Source: Octopus sinensis (lineage: Eukaryota). From it: a stretch of 15,194 bases of DNA. Shown here one piece after another: positions 1 through 10,400 of this stretch (the first letter of the stretch is position 1; the number at the start of each line of letters is the position of its first letter). Location of the stretch: positions 1-15,194 of the forward strand of contig NW_021825538.1 in assembly GCF_006345805.1 (NCBI RefSeq), read 5' to 3'. A model generated the notes under the pieces. The model saw only the letters and a program-made list of their open reading frames with translations. It did not search any database and was not told the origin of the DNA. The position numbers were made by a program, and so were the translations under genes.

Positions 1-159
1 TGTCTGATAATAGGTTTTAGGTTTTGTTTTGGGGGTGAGGGTCGTAAATCACTTCCTAGTTTCGGCGGGGGGGGGGGAGGTTGAAATTTGATATTATTGT
101 GATGAGTGGTCAGTCTACATCTATCCATCACTACAGGTTTATAACTTTATGTTTATAGT

Positions 160-270
160 GTGTATGTGCGTGCATATACACACACATACATATATACATA
201 CATACACAGGCGTATGTACGTACATACATGCGTGTATACATACATGCACACATACATATGTACATATATA
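160..270. repeat. Compound (TA)/(CA)/(TG) microsatellite
   Basis: Alternating purine-pyrimidine runs seen directly. Confidence 0.9.
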
Positions 271-911
271 TGACGAACTAACTGTTACTTTCTCAGATGC
301 AGCACGGATTTTTGTCAGTGAACAGGTCGCGGATTTTTGCGACGAAAATATTTTGACAAATTAAACTTAAATGTTGAAGTGAATCGAACGGCTTTTGTGT
401 GTTTCTTAAACACCTTACAAACACCTTCCACGCTGCAATTGTTTTTGTTTCAGCACACGATCTCAGATCAAATCACTTGTTATGCAAGTACATCTCCAAA
501 ATATATTTGTTACATTTCAAATGTAATGTTTATAAAAATAATTCTAATATTTCAACTTTATAAATTGTATTCTGACATTATAAAAGTTAAACATCTTATA
601 AAATTAAAAAAGATTATAGTTTTGATATATTTTTATAAATTACATTTAAATATTGTATTTGAAGGAATAGTCTATGTTATAATTTGGTAAATTTAGAAAT
701 ATTCTTGGAGATTTCTGTGGAATTATCAGCTTGGTTGAGGAATAGAATAGTGATGGGTTTTTTTCTTTAAGTGTAGATTTGTGGATGAGAAAGACATGAA
801 TAATAATTGAAGAGAGGGTGTGTCATTTATAGAGATAGGTTAACAGACTAAATGGTGGTGGTCATGGTGAAGTAGAGATTTCAAGTTATGTATGTAATGT
901 GTGGCTGATGT

Positions 912-1050
912 GCTTTACTCCTTTAGTTATTGAACCATGGCCATGCTGGAGCATTGCCTTTATGTATTTAGCTGATTGTATTAGCACCAACATTTCTTTT
1001 TAAGTCCGGTAAATATTTTAACCGAATCTATTTGTGGATCAGCTAAATTA
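912..1050 (-). mobile_element. Diverged SINE 3' fragment (same family as 1443-1635)
   Basis: ggccatgctggagcattgccttt is the reverse complement of aaaggcagtgctccagtatggcc in the 1443-1635 copy, with few mismatches. Confidence 0.6.
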
Positions 1051-1108
1051 GGAAAGGAAGTTGATATTTTAATTAAACAGTAAGTACTAATGATTAATCA
1101 TGGAAAGA

Positions 1109-1151
1109 ATATATATATATATATATATATATAAAGTGAGAGAGAGAGAGA
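1109..1151. repeat. (TA)n plus (GA)n microsatellite
   Basis: Direct observation. Confidence 0.9.
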
Positions 1152-1442
1152 TACACACTTGTATACATACATATATACACACACTCTTCACGTTTGTGCT
1201 AATTTCTCCAACCATTTTATAAACTATAAAAAATGTGTCCAGGATTTCAAATACTTTTACAAGAGAAAGTTTATTTTTTTGAACAATTCAAAAATATTTG
1301 ATGAATTCTTAAGAAAGAAAATGTAAATTATATAATGACAAAAAGGTTTAGATTTTATTTTGCATGGAAAATTCAAAATTTAAATCAATTTTACAGAAAT
1401 TATAGCTAAGAAATCAAATAGGTACGTAATGTGTCTTTATTT

Positions 1443-1635
1443 TTGTCCCACTAACATTGCTTGACAACCGATGTTGGTGTGTTTACATCCCTGTAACTTA
1501 AAAGTTCAGCAAAAGACACCAATAGAATAAGTACTAGGCTTACAAAGAATAGGTCATGGGGTCAATTTGTTTGACTAAAGGCAGTGCTCCAGTATGGCCA
1601 CAGTGAAATGACAGAAACAAGTGCAAGAGAATAAG
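1443..1635 (+). mobile_element. SINE 3' part, octopus-type family
   Basis: gcttgacaaccgatgttggtgtgtttacatccctgtaac...aataagtactaggcttacaaagaat...gtgctccagtatggcc; recalled as a high-copy octopus repeat, with an inverted homologue in this window. Confidence 0.65.
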
Positions 1636-1752
1636 AGATTATATATACATATATACACGTACACTATATAAACACACACACAAATATATATACATGTTTA
1701 TGTAAAAGGGAAATAAAATGTTGAAGTTGATAGTGAAAAGGAGAGAGGGAAT

Positions 1753-1759
<7 letters not shown>

Positions 1760-1792
<33 letters not shown>
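1760..1792. repeat. (GA)n microsatellite
   Basis: Direct observation. Confidence 0.95.
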
Positions 1793-1796
<4 letters not shown>

Positions 1797-1849
1797 AGTA
1801 AAAGAAGAGAAGGACATATGAAGGATATAAAATAGGAAAGGAAGGGTTG

Positions 1850-1901
1850 TTATCATTATTATTAATTACTATTATTATTATTAATTACTATTACTATTAT
1901 T
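1850..1901. repeat. (ATT)n microsatellite
   Basis: Direct observation; lies immediately 5' of SINE copy A. Confidence 0.9.
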
Positions 1902-1902
1902 T

Positions 1903-2131
1903 GGGTGGTGAGCTGGCAGAATCGTTAGCATGCTGGGCAAAATGCTAGGCAGCTATTTGTTTGCCTTTACGTTCTGAGTTCAAATTTTGCCGACATCAAC
2001 CTTGTTCCTTTCGGGGTCAATAAAATAAGTACCCTTTGAGTTCTGGGGTCGATGCAATCAATTTACCTGCTCTCCAGAACTTTCTGGGCTTCTGTTAAAA
2101 TTTAAAGCCATTATTATTATTATTATTATTA
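1903..2131 (+). mobile_element. tRNA-derived SINE copy A with (ATT)n tail
   Basis: A-box-like gagctggcagaatcgttag, B-box-like gagttcaaatt (1976-1986), and core cctttcggggtcaataaaataagtacc shared with copies B-D. Confidence 0.8.
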
Positions 2132-2350
2132 CGACTCATCTGCCACTACATTCTGAGTTCAAATTCAACCAAGGTCAACTATGGCTTTCATTCTTTTGGG
2201 GTCAATTCAATAAGTTCCAGCTATGCACTGGAGGCGATGTAATTTACTAGTCCCCTCACCCCAAATTTCAGGCCTTGTGCCCATAGTAAGAAAGTATTCT
2301 TCTCCTTATTCTTATTCTTATTCTTATTATTATTATCATTATTATTATCG

Positions 2351-2386
<36 letters not shown>

Positions 2387-2393
2387 TTATAAT
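2132..2393 (+). mobile_element. 5'-truncated SINE copy B with (ATT)n-type tail
   Basis: ttctgagttcaaattcaaccaaggtcaact...ggggtcaattcaataagttccag...aaatttcaggccttgtgcc. Confidence 0.75.
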
Positions 2394-2395
2394 TA

Positions 2396-2606
2396 CTGTG
2401 ACGAGCTGGCAGAATTGTGAGGATGCAAAGCAAAATGTTGAGCGGCATTTTGTCCATCTTTACATTCTGAGTTCAAATTCCACCAAGGTTGACTTAGCCT
2501 CTCATCCTTATGGGATCGATAAATTAAGTACTAGTTGAGTACTGGGGTCAGTGTAATAGACTGGCCCCTTCCTTGAACTTGCTGGCCTTGTGCCAAAACT
2601 TGAAAT
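2396..2606 (+). mobile_element. tRNA-derived SINE copy C
   Basis: gagctggcagaattg...ttctgagttcaaattccaccaaggttgacttagcctctcatccttatgggatcgataaattaagtact. Confidence 0.8.
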
Positions 2607-2645
2607 CATTTTTATTATATTAAAAAAAAACATAAAAGAAATCAT

Positions 2646-2756
2646 TGCTGTTGTTGTTGTTGTTTTTGCTGCTGCTGCTAATATTATTATTATTGATGTT
2701 GTTATTGTTATAGTTATTGATATTCTTCTTCTTATTATTATTATTATTATTATTAA
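2646..2756. repeat. Compound (GTT)n/(GCT)n/(ATT)n/(CTT)n microsatellite
   Basis: Direct observation; lies between SINE copies C and D. Confidence 0.9.
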
Positions 2757-2757
2757 T

Positions 2758-2980
2758 GTGATGAACAAGCAGAATTGTTACAAAATGCCAGACAAAATAC
2801 TTTGCATCATTTCTTCCAAGTTTACATTTTGAGTTCAAATTCCACCAAGGTTGATTTTGCCCCTCGTCCTTTTGGGATTGATAAAATAAGAACCAGTTAG
2901 GGGCTGGGGGTGACATAATCAATTAACCCCCCACACCCAAAATTTCAGGCCTTATGGCTATAGTAGAAAGAATTATTATT
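2758..2980 (+). mobile_element. tRNA-derived SINE copy D with short (ATT)n tail
   Basis: gcagaattgtt...gagttcaaattccaccaaggttgattttgcc...gataaaataagaaccag...aaatttcaggccttat. Confidence 0.8.
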
Positions 2981-3006
2981 ATCTTCAAAATATTACCAAA
3001 AACATT

Positions 3007-3226
3007 TGGGGGCATGGCTGTATGGTTAAGAAACTCACTTCAGAACCTTGTGGTCTCAGGTTCAGTCCCACTCTGCAGCACCTTAAAGAATTAACTTCTT
3101 CTAATGTTCCAGGTTGACTCAAGGCTTGTGAATGGGTTTCGTACATGGAACTGATAAAGCCTATGGTATATACATGTGTGTGTATATTCATGTATGCATA
3201 TCTACATTTGTACATGTATGTGTATG

Positions 3227-3271
<45 letters not shown>

Positions 3272-3455
3272 ATGTCTGCTCATGTCTCCTTGTCTTGACA
3301 TCTGTTGCTTATTATAAACAAATGTCATGTCAAACAAACAGAGTCGTTTGTTTGCAGTGTTCCACCAGAAAACATATCCAACCATTGTGCTGTTCATGTT
3401 GGAAGAACTTGGGAAAATATTCTCTTGCTTGAAGCCAGGTGAGGATTGGTGACCC
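3007..3455 (+). mobile_element. Second tRNA-derived SINE family with an internal (TG)n tract
   Basis: A-box-like tggctgtatggttaag, B-box-like ggttcagtccc (3059-3070), (TG)n at ~3225-3268, then a body ending ggaaaatattctcttgcttgaagccaggtgaggattgg. The 3' extent rests on recall of the family. Confidence 0.65.
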
Positions 3456-3574
3456 TCATCGAGTGTAGTCATAGACTTGACTGAGTGGCACTCTCAAGAA
3501 CCTGGCAAGAAAAAAAAACAAAATTATGAGAGGGAAAATACAAAAAAGAAAATACATCATCTGATGTATTATAA

Positions 3575-3712
3575 AGGTTTTGACATCCATTTTCCCTAAC
3601 TGGCATGGGTAGGACAGTTGACGAGGAAGCAGTGAACCAGAGGACATTGCTGAGCTCCAATGAAAGATTTGGCAAGATTTCTACAGCTGGATGATCTTCT
3701 TAACACCAGATG
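3575..3712 (-). mobile_element. Diverged SINE tail fragment (family of 4206-4560 and 5020-5185)
   Basis: ggcatgggtaggacag...ggcaagatttctacagctggatg aligns by eye with 4240-4330. Confidence 0.6.
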
Positions 3713-4205
3713 CACACACACACACGTGTGTGTATGTGTTTATGCAGGCATAAGAGTATATGAATGAATAAACATGGGTTTACTTATGTTTGATTGCACT
3801 TCTGACTTTGTGTGCTAGCATGGGTTAGGTGAATATATTATTGTAGCCTTGTTTTACAGACAGACAGCCTTCCTATTGCTTACCCAAAACCATTTTGCAA
3901 GAACAAAAGTTCTTATTTCCCATGTCTTCCAAGGTGGGGGTGATTGGTTGACAGATGTTTCTGCTTGGAGCAACTTAAAAAAGATTGCAAACATAAACAA
4001 ATGCACAGACACCTACGCGCACACACACTCAGCTCGAGTTCACTGCTTCCTGTAGCAGAAACAGCTGGAAGCTAATGAAGGTGTCTACGTAACTCTTGTT
4101 CTTTTGTCATTCATTGATTCATAGCTATAAACATACATAGACACAGATATTTGTACATGGGTGTGTGAAGGTATATATATGTATATATATACATATATAT
4201 ATATA

Positions 4206-4560
4206 TCATCGTCATCATTTACCATCCGCTTTCCATGCTAGCATGGGTTGGACGGTTCAAATGGGGTGTGGGAGGCCAGAAGGCTGCACCAGGCCCAGTC
4301 TGATCTGGCAAGGTTTCTACGGCTGGATGCCCTTCCTAACGCCAACCACTCCATGAGTGTAGTGGGTACTTTTTATGTGCCACCAGCACGGGGGCCAGGC
4401 GATGCTGGCAACAGCCATGGTCGGATGGTGCTTTTTATGTGCTACCACCACGAAGGCCAGTCGGGCGGCGCTGGCAACGGTCACGTTCAGATGGTTCTTT
4501 TACATACCACCGGCACTGGTATCACAACTACAATTTCCATTGATGTTGATTGACTTGGAT
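4206..4560 (-). mobile_element. SINE-like element with (TGA)n tail and 62-66 bp internal tandem units
   Basis: Tail tcatcgtcatca at 4206-4217. Internal repeats ttttatgtgc-cacc...gctggcaac...gatggt start at ~4370, 4432 and 4498. Inverted homology with 5020-5185. Confidence 0.75.
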
Positions 4561-4636
4561 TTTGATTTTGATATATATATATAAATATTTAGCAGAAGTA
4601 ACAAAGTGACCCAAGATCCAAAAGTTTCGTTTAATA

Positions 4637-4701
4637 GCATTTATCAAACTGGTTCTTTGGAGGTATATTCCCAGACCTCCAAAAACCAGTTTGATGAGTG
4701 T
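4637..4701 (+). other. 65-nt hairpin, pre-miRNA-like geometry
   Basis: 27 base pairs (3 G:U), one 1-nt bulge (C4655) and a 10-nt loop (4665-4674), paired by hand. Confidence 0.4.
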
Positions 4702-5019
4702 CAACTCTCGGACCTTGAGTCCCTACTGTCACGCCCCTATCACCCCTACCTCTATCTTTCATCTCTCAATCACTCTCTCTTCTTCTTTTTACTCTACTAT
4801 CTTACTGCTGTGACAAAGATTGGCAGTAAATCTCTTCTCTTTACCATTCTTCCAATGAAACTAGGGATGTTACTGGACCTACCTGGGTCTCTCCCCAACA
4901 CTCAGCCACTCCTTTTCATATATTTATTACCCTAGATCTCTCACACATCCCAAGGTATATGTCACACCCAGAGATTGAGGGGAACCTTTAGTTTTGTCAA
5001 GGACATGGCGATTGTCTCT

Positions 5020-5185
5020 AGTGACGGTGCCATAAGATGCACCCAGTGCACATCGTGCAGTGGTTGGTGTCAGGAAGAGCATCCAGCTGTAGAAAGAAAA
5101 CCAGAAAATGTAACTTCAGGCAAGATATTCTTTGAACCATCCAACCCATTCCAGCATGGAAAGTGGGAGTAAAATGATGATCATC
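5020..5185 (+). mobile_element. SINE 3' fragment with (TGA)n tail
   Basis: gtggttggtgtcaggaagagcatccagctgtagaaa...ccaacccattccagcatggaaagtgggagtaaaatgatga. Confidence 0.75.
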
Positions 5186-6371
5186 ATACATACATACAGA
5201 CGTATGGATGTATAAATATACATATGTGCATCCTTGTGTATATATTATACACATTCATTCTATCATATATACATATATATGTATGTGTATCCTGAAGAAG
5301 GTCTCTTTTATTTTTCATTCCTCCTGGGGTCAATAGAGTAACAGTCATTATTTCATAGACCAAGGAGGGGTGGAGGATCATTCTGATGATGATGGGTCAC
5401 CAGAATGTCATTAAACACCCCCACCAATATTTCCTAATCCACCTCATTAAATCCCTAATACTTCATAATAAACTACACCAAGTTATAACTCCTCACCTAA
5501 CACAAAACAAAACACACTTCACCTGCCAAACCCCTTTTTCATACAAACACATCTTTCTCATTGCTACCCAAACATTGTCCCTTATATTAAAGATAATTAA
5601 GATGAACCTACCTTTCATTAATTGGGCTTATTCATTAACCAATCTTTATGATCTCAATCAGCAACAAATAATAACGATCCTCTCAACATGCTGTCTATCA
5701 GTGTGATTATATGAAAGCCCATCTTTGGATAAGCTTTCCGAGTTAATCAATGTTGTGTATGATAATTGTGTGGATTATATTGAAATGTCGAGAGATTTAC
5801 AGCATTTGTCAGGTTAAGAACAGTTTCATCTCCAGCTTTATTCGTATCTGTTAATCCAGGTAAATATGATGGAAACCAAGCCAACCATGACTGTCCCATC
5901 ATTAGTAATACTTGTACCTGACAAATGTCTATGAAACATAATAAAGTCTATGTTTTGCTAATTGTTCCATGTTAACGAAGTTTGAACATGATTGCTGTGT
6001 GTTGGGACATAATATAGCATGTACACCAATTAAAGTTAATTTTCTCTACAGCTTAGAGTGTCTCGTTATTGAGTGCTTTTGGAGCAGGGGAATCTCTTTG
6101 ACTAATTATCGTTAAATAAATCTAAACCACACATGACTATTTCTTTGTGATGTTGAGAGCAAATATCATTTCCAGTGAAAATAATTATTTCTAATATTTA
6201 GACTCCATGTAATTAATGAAACTTAATACATCTTAGAATAGATTGTAATAAGTTGTTTAAATATTAATTAGACAAGATTAATTCACTGACAGAAATACAT
6301 AAATGTTTTGTTGGTGTTTTTCAAATGATGAAGCAAACATCATCTCCCTGAAACTTTAATATTTTCACAAA

Positions 6372-6401
6372 GCTAAATGTTTTCCTTATATTTCTTTGCA
6401 G
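6372..6401 (+). promoter_or_regulatory. 3' splice acceptor (branch point-like GCTAAAT, pyrimidine tract, TTGCAG) preceding the large coding exon
   Basis: gctaaatgttttccttatatttctttgcag|attcactATG; the AG is at 6400-6401. Confidence 0.7.
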
Positions 6402-6408
6402 ATTCACT

Positions 6409-7485
6409 ATGGAAGACCAGACTGAAAATACCCAGAAAAGAGCTTTAAGGGACTCAACACCAAAATGGGATGAAGGAAGAGTTGACAATAAAAGGTGTAA
6501 ATATGAGGAATATGATGGTTCAAGGAGAAGTGAAGAAAATACCCAGAAAAGAGCTTTAAGGGACTCGACACCAAAATGGAATGAAGAAGTTGACAATAAA
6601 ACGTGTAAATATGAGGAAGATGATGGTTCAAGGAGAAGTGATGAAGGATATTGTAGTGTTAGTTCAGAGAGAGAATCAGCAGTGAAGGCCATATCTGTGG
6701 CAAGACTCAACACACATGGAGACAAAGAAAGCACAAAAGAAACTGAAAAACAAATAGTTGCTAAAATACAGAGGATTCATCTTCAATATGATCGCTGCAT
6801 GATGTTTATGGAGCATATAGTTAAGGAGAGCAAACATTATGAAAGTCTGGGGTTAAGTGCCAATTGTATTTTAGAAAAGGTCAAAGAGAGACTTGGAATT
6901 TTGCTGAAATATACTAAAGAACAGAATATTTCTATTGAGCAGGACCTCGAATGGTTTCAACAAAGACTCTTTGACATTTATGTCACCTGTAACCCATACA
7001 ACCACAAGACCATTGAACCAGCAAAAGTAACCACGAAATTTCGGCCGCTTCAGCCAGTTGTGACCAGAGAAGTAAATATTGAGGAATCTGGAGAAGAATT
7101 TGAAGAAATCCCAATAATATCCAATATTGTCATCATAGAGGAGGGAGTAATGACATATTCCCACCTTTGTAAGACAATAAGTTTAGTAACAAGAGACAGT
7201 GACAGAATTGATGTCCATTGTCCATCTTCTGTGACCAGTTTCACCAGAATCAGTGAAGACATGGTTCTGGCAACCCTCCCCTTCCATGAAATGATTCTTA
7301 TTATCAGCCCCAAAACCTTCAAGATCAAAAGGATACAGTTGGGGTTACATATGGTGAGTTACTTGGAAGATTCTACACTTATAGGTGTAGAAATGTTTGG
7401 TAAGATAGTTTACCAATTTGATTGGGAGGATAATACCATTAACTATCAATTTATTACCAAAGAAACCCCTACAGATATTGTGTAG
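6409..7485 (+). CDS. First ORF fragment (358 aa): repeats, coiled-coil-like region and start of propeller module 1
   Basis: ATG lies 7 nt after a splice acceptor. The helical segment runs ESAVKAIS...WFQQRLFDIY, and beta-rich sequence starts at PIISNIV (7111). It continues in frame +3 as VGVQNILVITFASINRVICYKLDGQQLW. Confidence 0.75.
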   Translation: MEDQTENTQKRALRDSTPKWDEGRVDNKRCKYEEYDGSRRSEENTQKRALRDSTPKWNEEVDNKTCKYEEDDGSRRSDEGYCSVSSERESAVKAISVARLNTHGDKESTKETEKQIVAKIQRIHLQYDRCMMFMEHIVKESKHYESLGLSANCILEKVKERLGILLKYTKEQNISIEQDLEWFQQRLFDIYVTCNPYNHKTIEPAKVTTKFRPLQPVVTREVNIEESGEEFEEIPIISNIVIIEEGVMTYSHLCKTISLVTRDSDRIDVHCPSSVTSFTRISEDMVLATLPFHEMILIISPKTFKIKRIQLGLHMVSYLEDSTLIGVEMFGKIVYQFDWEDNTINYQFITKETPTDIV

Positions 7486-10400
7486 GGGTCCAGAATATAC
7501 TTGTAATTACATTCGCCAGCATCAACAGAGTAATCTGTTACAAACTGGATGGCCAACAGTTATGGGAGGTAGAGACCCATTCTCTGCACCTCCCAAGTAA
7601 AATCTCTCTCTACCAAAATTATTTCTATGTCCTCCAGGGACAAATAATTTATAGGATTTCAGCTAAAGGTGGTGTGACAAGGAGGGACATTGGCAGGAAA
7701 TGCCGCTCTATTTCTGTTGGTAAAGATACCATTTTGGTAACAGATTATTGCGGCAAACACATGGTATTCAAATGAATAAAGACTTTTGGCCCAACCTGTC
7801 ATACAATCACCAGCTACATACCCCCAGTTTAAAAGACTATATTGATATTGAGGATTGCTACAACATTACAAATATTCTACCTATGTCTGTATCTTCTATA
7901 TTAATAATTACAAAAACAAGAAAGCTAATTATTCACTGATAACGGGGAAATAATTAACCAAAATAATTCAGTTTTCCTTGAGCTTCCTTCTTTCTGTTGT
8001 AGAATAAATGCAAACAGGTTCCTGGTATTTTATTGTGAAATGAAAGGGTTTCAGTATATCACCTGTCCTGAACTAAGAAAAGGCCCTTTAATAAAGGTGC
8101 AAACTGGTTACATGAAAATATGTCATGTTGTATCAAATAAGTGTCTAGCTGTGACCACCACTGAAAACAAAAGCGAGGTCCATATCCTCTTGATCAACGA
8201 AGATAAAGTTGACATTGCAGAAAGAATTTCTCTGGGACATCATAATGTCAGCATTGCTGCAACTCCAATTAATTTTGTAGTCGTAGATGGAACGAAACGA
8301 AAAAAATGGTATTTTATTCCACATGTGGTGAAGAACTTTTTCAAAAATACCTTCCATTCTATGGCTACCCTCATCACATCTACTCTGATAATGTTTATTT
8401 CTATGTCCTCTTCAGGAGACACTCTATTCTCAGATGTTACGATCTATATGGAGAAATGAAATGGCAGTGGGAACTGCCTTTCCCTGTTCACCCTCACATT
8501 GCTGTTTTCCAAGGAACTCTTTATGTCCCGGACACTCAACTCAACAGGGTTCTTCTTTACAAGTATCAAGACCGGTCGTCTGGCGGTCTTTTACCCATTA
8601 AAAATCCTTACATCAGAAATCTAAATCTACGACTCAAAGAAAAGGAGAATGACCAAAAACTTGTAATTGGCGAAATATGTAATCTGTCCAATGGACAGTT
8701 GGTGGTTTCTGACATCAACCATGATTGCTTGTTGTATATTTCTGAGGAAGGAGACATTGTGTCCAGATTATCTCTGCCGTCTACAGCCACAAATATATGT
8801 CGATGGGATTCTAATCATATAGGGGTCACATTACCCCTACAGAAACAATTAAGGGTCATCGGAAACCTATCAAAGAGAGTGAGAAGTGTATCATTAAGGC
8901 AGCCTTATGTACAGGTGTGTAAGATGGGTGAATGTGAAATTGTTTGTTATTGTGATAAACCATCACATTTAGACATTTTAGCCATCAATTATTATAATCA
9001 AGTTGAAGTAATTAAGACAATTAATATCCCTGTGTTTGTAAAATCATTATCAATAGACAAGAAAAACAGAAAAGCTATTATTGTTACTAGGGGAAAAGCT
9101 TTTCAGTACAACACTAGAATAGGTGGTGGTGGTCGTGGAGGTCGTCAGATGGTCCCCAGTGTTTTAATGTCTCAAGTGAAACGTCCCCTCAGTCTCCAAG
9201 GTGGATCTATTGACCAAACGTCTTTTTTATCTGATAGACAGAAGCCGTATGTTTGCCATAAACGATCAGAATTTGTTGGTTAATGATCTCGTTACTAATA
9301 ATCAACTTATTATTATATCGACCTGGTGGATGTATTTTCCAGACACATTTCTCTCAGTGAAATGTTGTCTTCCACTTTATATCTACAGGACCTGACAGTT
9401 TCTGATAAAGCCAGACGTATTCCTCTCCCTAAACATTTGGGAGACAAAGAACCAGCGAGGATTAAACGTTTGGTTCTTACTGAAAATAATCTGATTGCAG
9501 GATGTGACAAAAAGAATGGAAACATTAAGATATTCACATTGGATGGTCACCTTATGGATTCAATCAAAGTGAATCTTTATTATTATATTAAAATGTGTCG
9601 ATGGCAGTCAAACACACTGGTCATTACGACTGGGGATCGTTATGATTATAATAAACACCAACTGTTGACATTAAAAGTGGAATTTCCATTGTCGTTGGTA
9701 ATTTACAAAACGAGAAATAAATATCAATGTGTGGCTTCTTTATCAAACAATCAACTGGTTTTGAGTGAATGGAGAGATGTAAGACATTTGCATTTTGTTG
9801 ATATTGATGAAATACATTCGAGTGTGAAGGAAATAAAAAAAATAGACATACCTGAACCATTAATAGAGAGATACGAATATGGAGGTTATTCTGATGAAAT
9901 CCAGGATATTAAAGTTACTGATGAAGATGTCATCATTGTCTTCAACTTCAGATTCATCATTTTCTTCAACAGTGGTGGTCAATATTTACATTCAGTCAGA
10001 CACTACATGGAGTATTATGTTGGTGATGATGACAGGTTGACAATTGATGACAGTTTTTTGTACATTCATGGTCCGTGGGAGAAATGTTTTGGTTCAACTG
10101 GATATCAAAACATTTTGTGTTTGACCCAGAATGGGGAATACAAGAGAATATTTTTAAATGAAAGGATTTATAAAGATGAAGTAGAATTCTCCAGTATAGA
10201 CTGTAAAGGACCAAGGTTTGTTGGAAGCCCCAGGTGGGGAGAAAGGAATGAATTGTATGTTGAAGGGTTGTTTATGGTGAATCGAGACAGCTTCCCGGTT
10301 GCTCGTTTACAAACAGACGACTGTCCTGTGCAAGTAAAAGATTTTGATGTCTCTGAGGAAGGAAAGACAGTTGTGTGTGAAAAAGCCAATAATGGAAATG

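Noticed and set aside
290-350. Small CpG patch with repeated CGGATTTTTG and a 5-bp GTCGC/GCGAC stem, as a Helitron end or exon
   Set aside because: The stem is too short, no CTRR terminus follows, and the splice signals are weak.
4727-4966. Possible solo LTR (TGTCACGCCCC...GTCACA)
   Set aside because: The flanks (cctac / cccag) do not form a target-site duplication, the ends are mainly direct rather than inverted, and there is no PBS or PPT.
149-5381. Short ORFs over microsatellites and SINEs (e.g. 2221-2457, 2508-2922, 3132-3472, 4248-4584, 4975-5254)
   Set aside because: They coincide with (ATT)n, (TG)n, (TA)n tracts or recognisable repeat copies, and have no protein-family signal.
6036-6050. 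Second acceptor-like site (aatttttctctacag) as an extra 5' exon of the gene
   Set aside because: No convincing donor was found before the 6401 acceptor, so it cannot be supported without RNA data.
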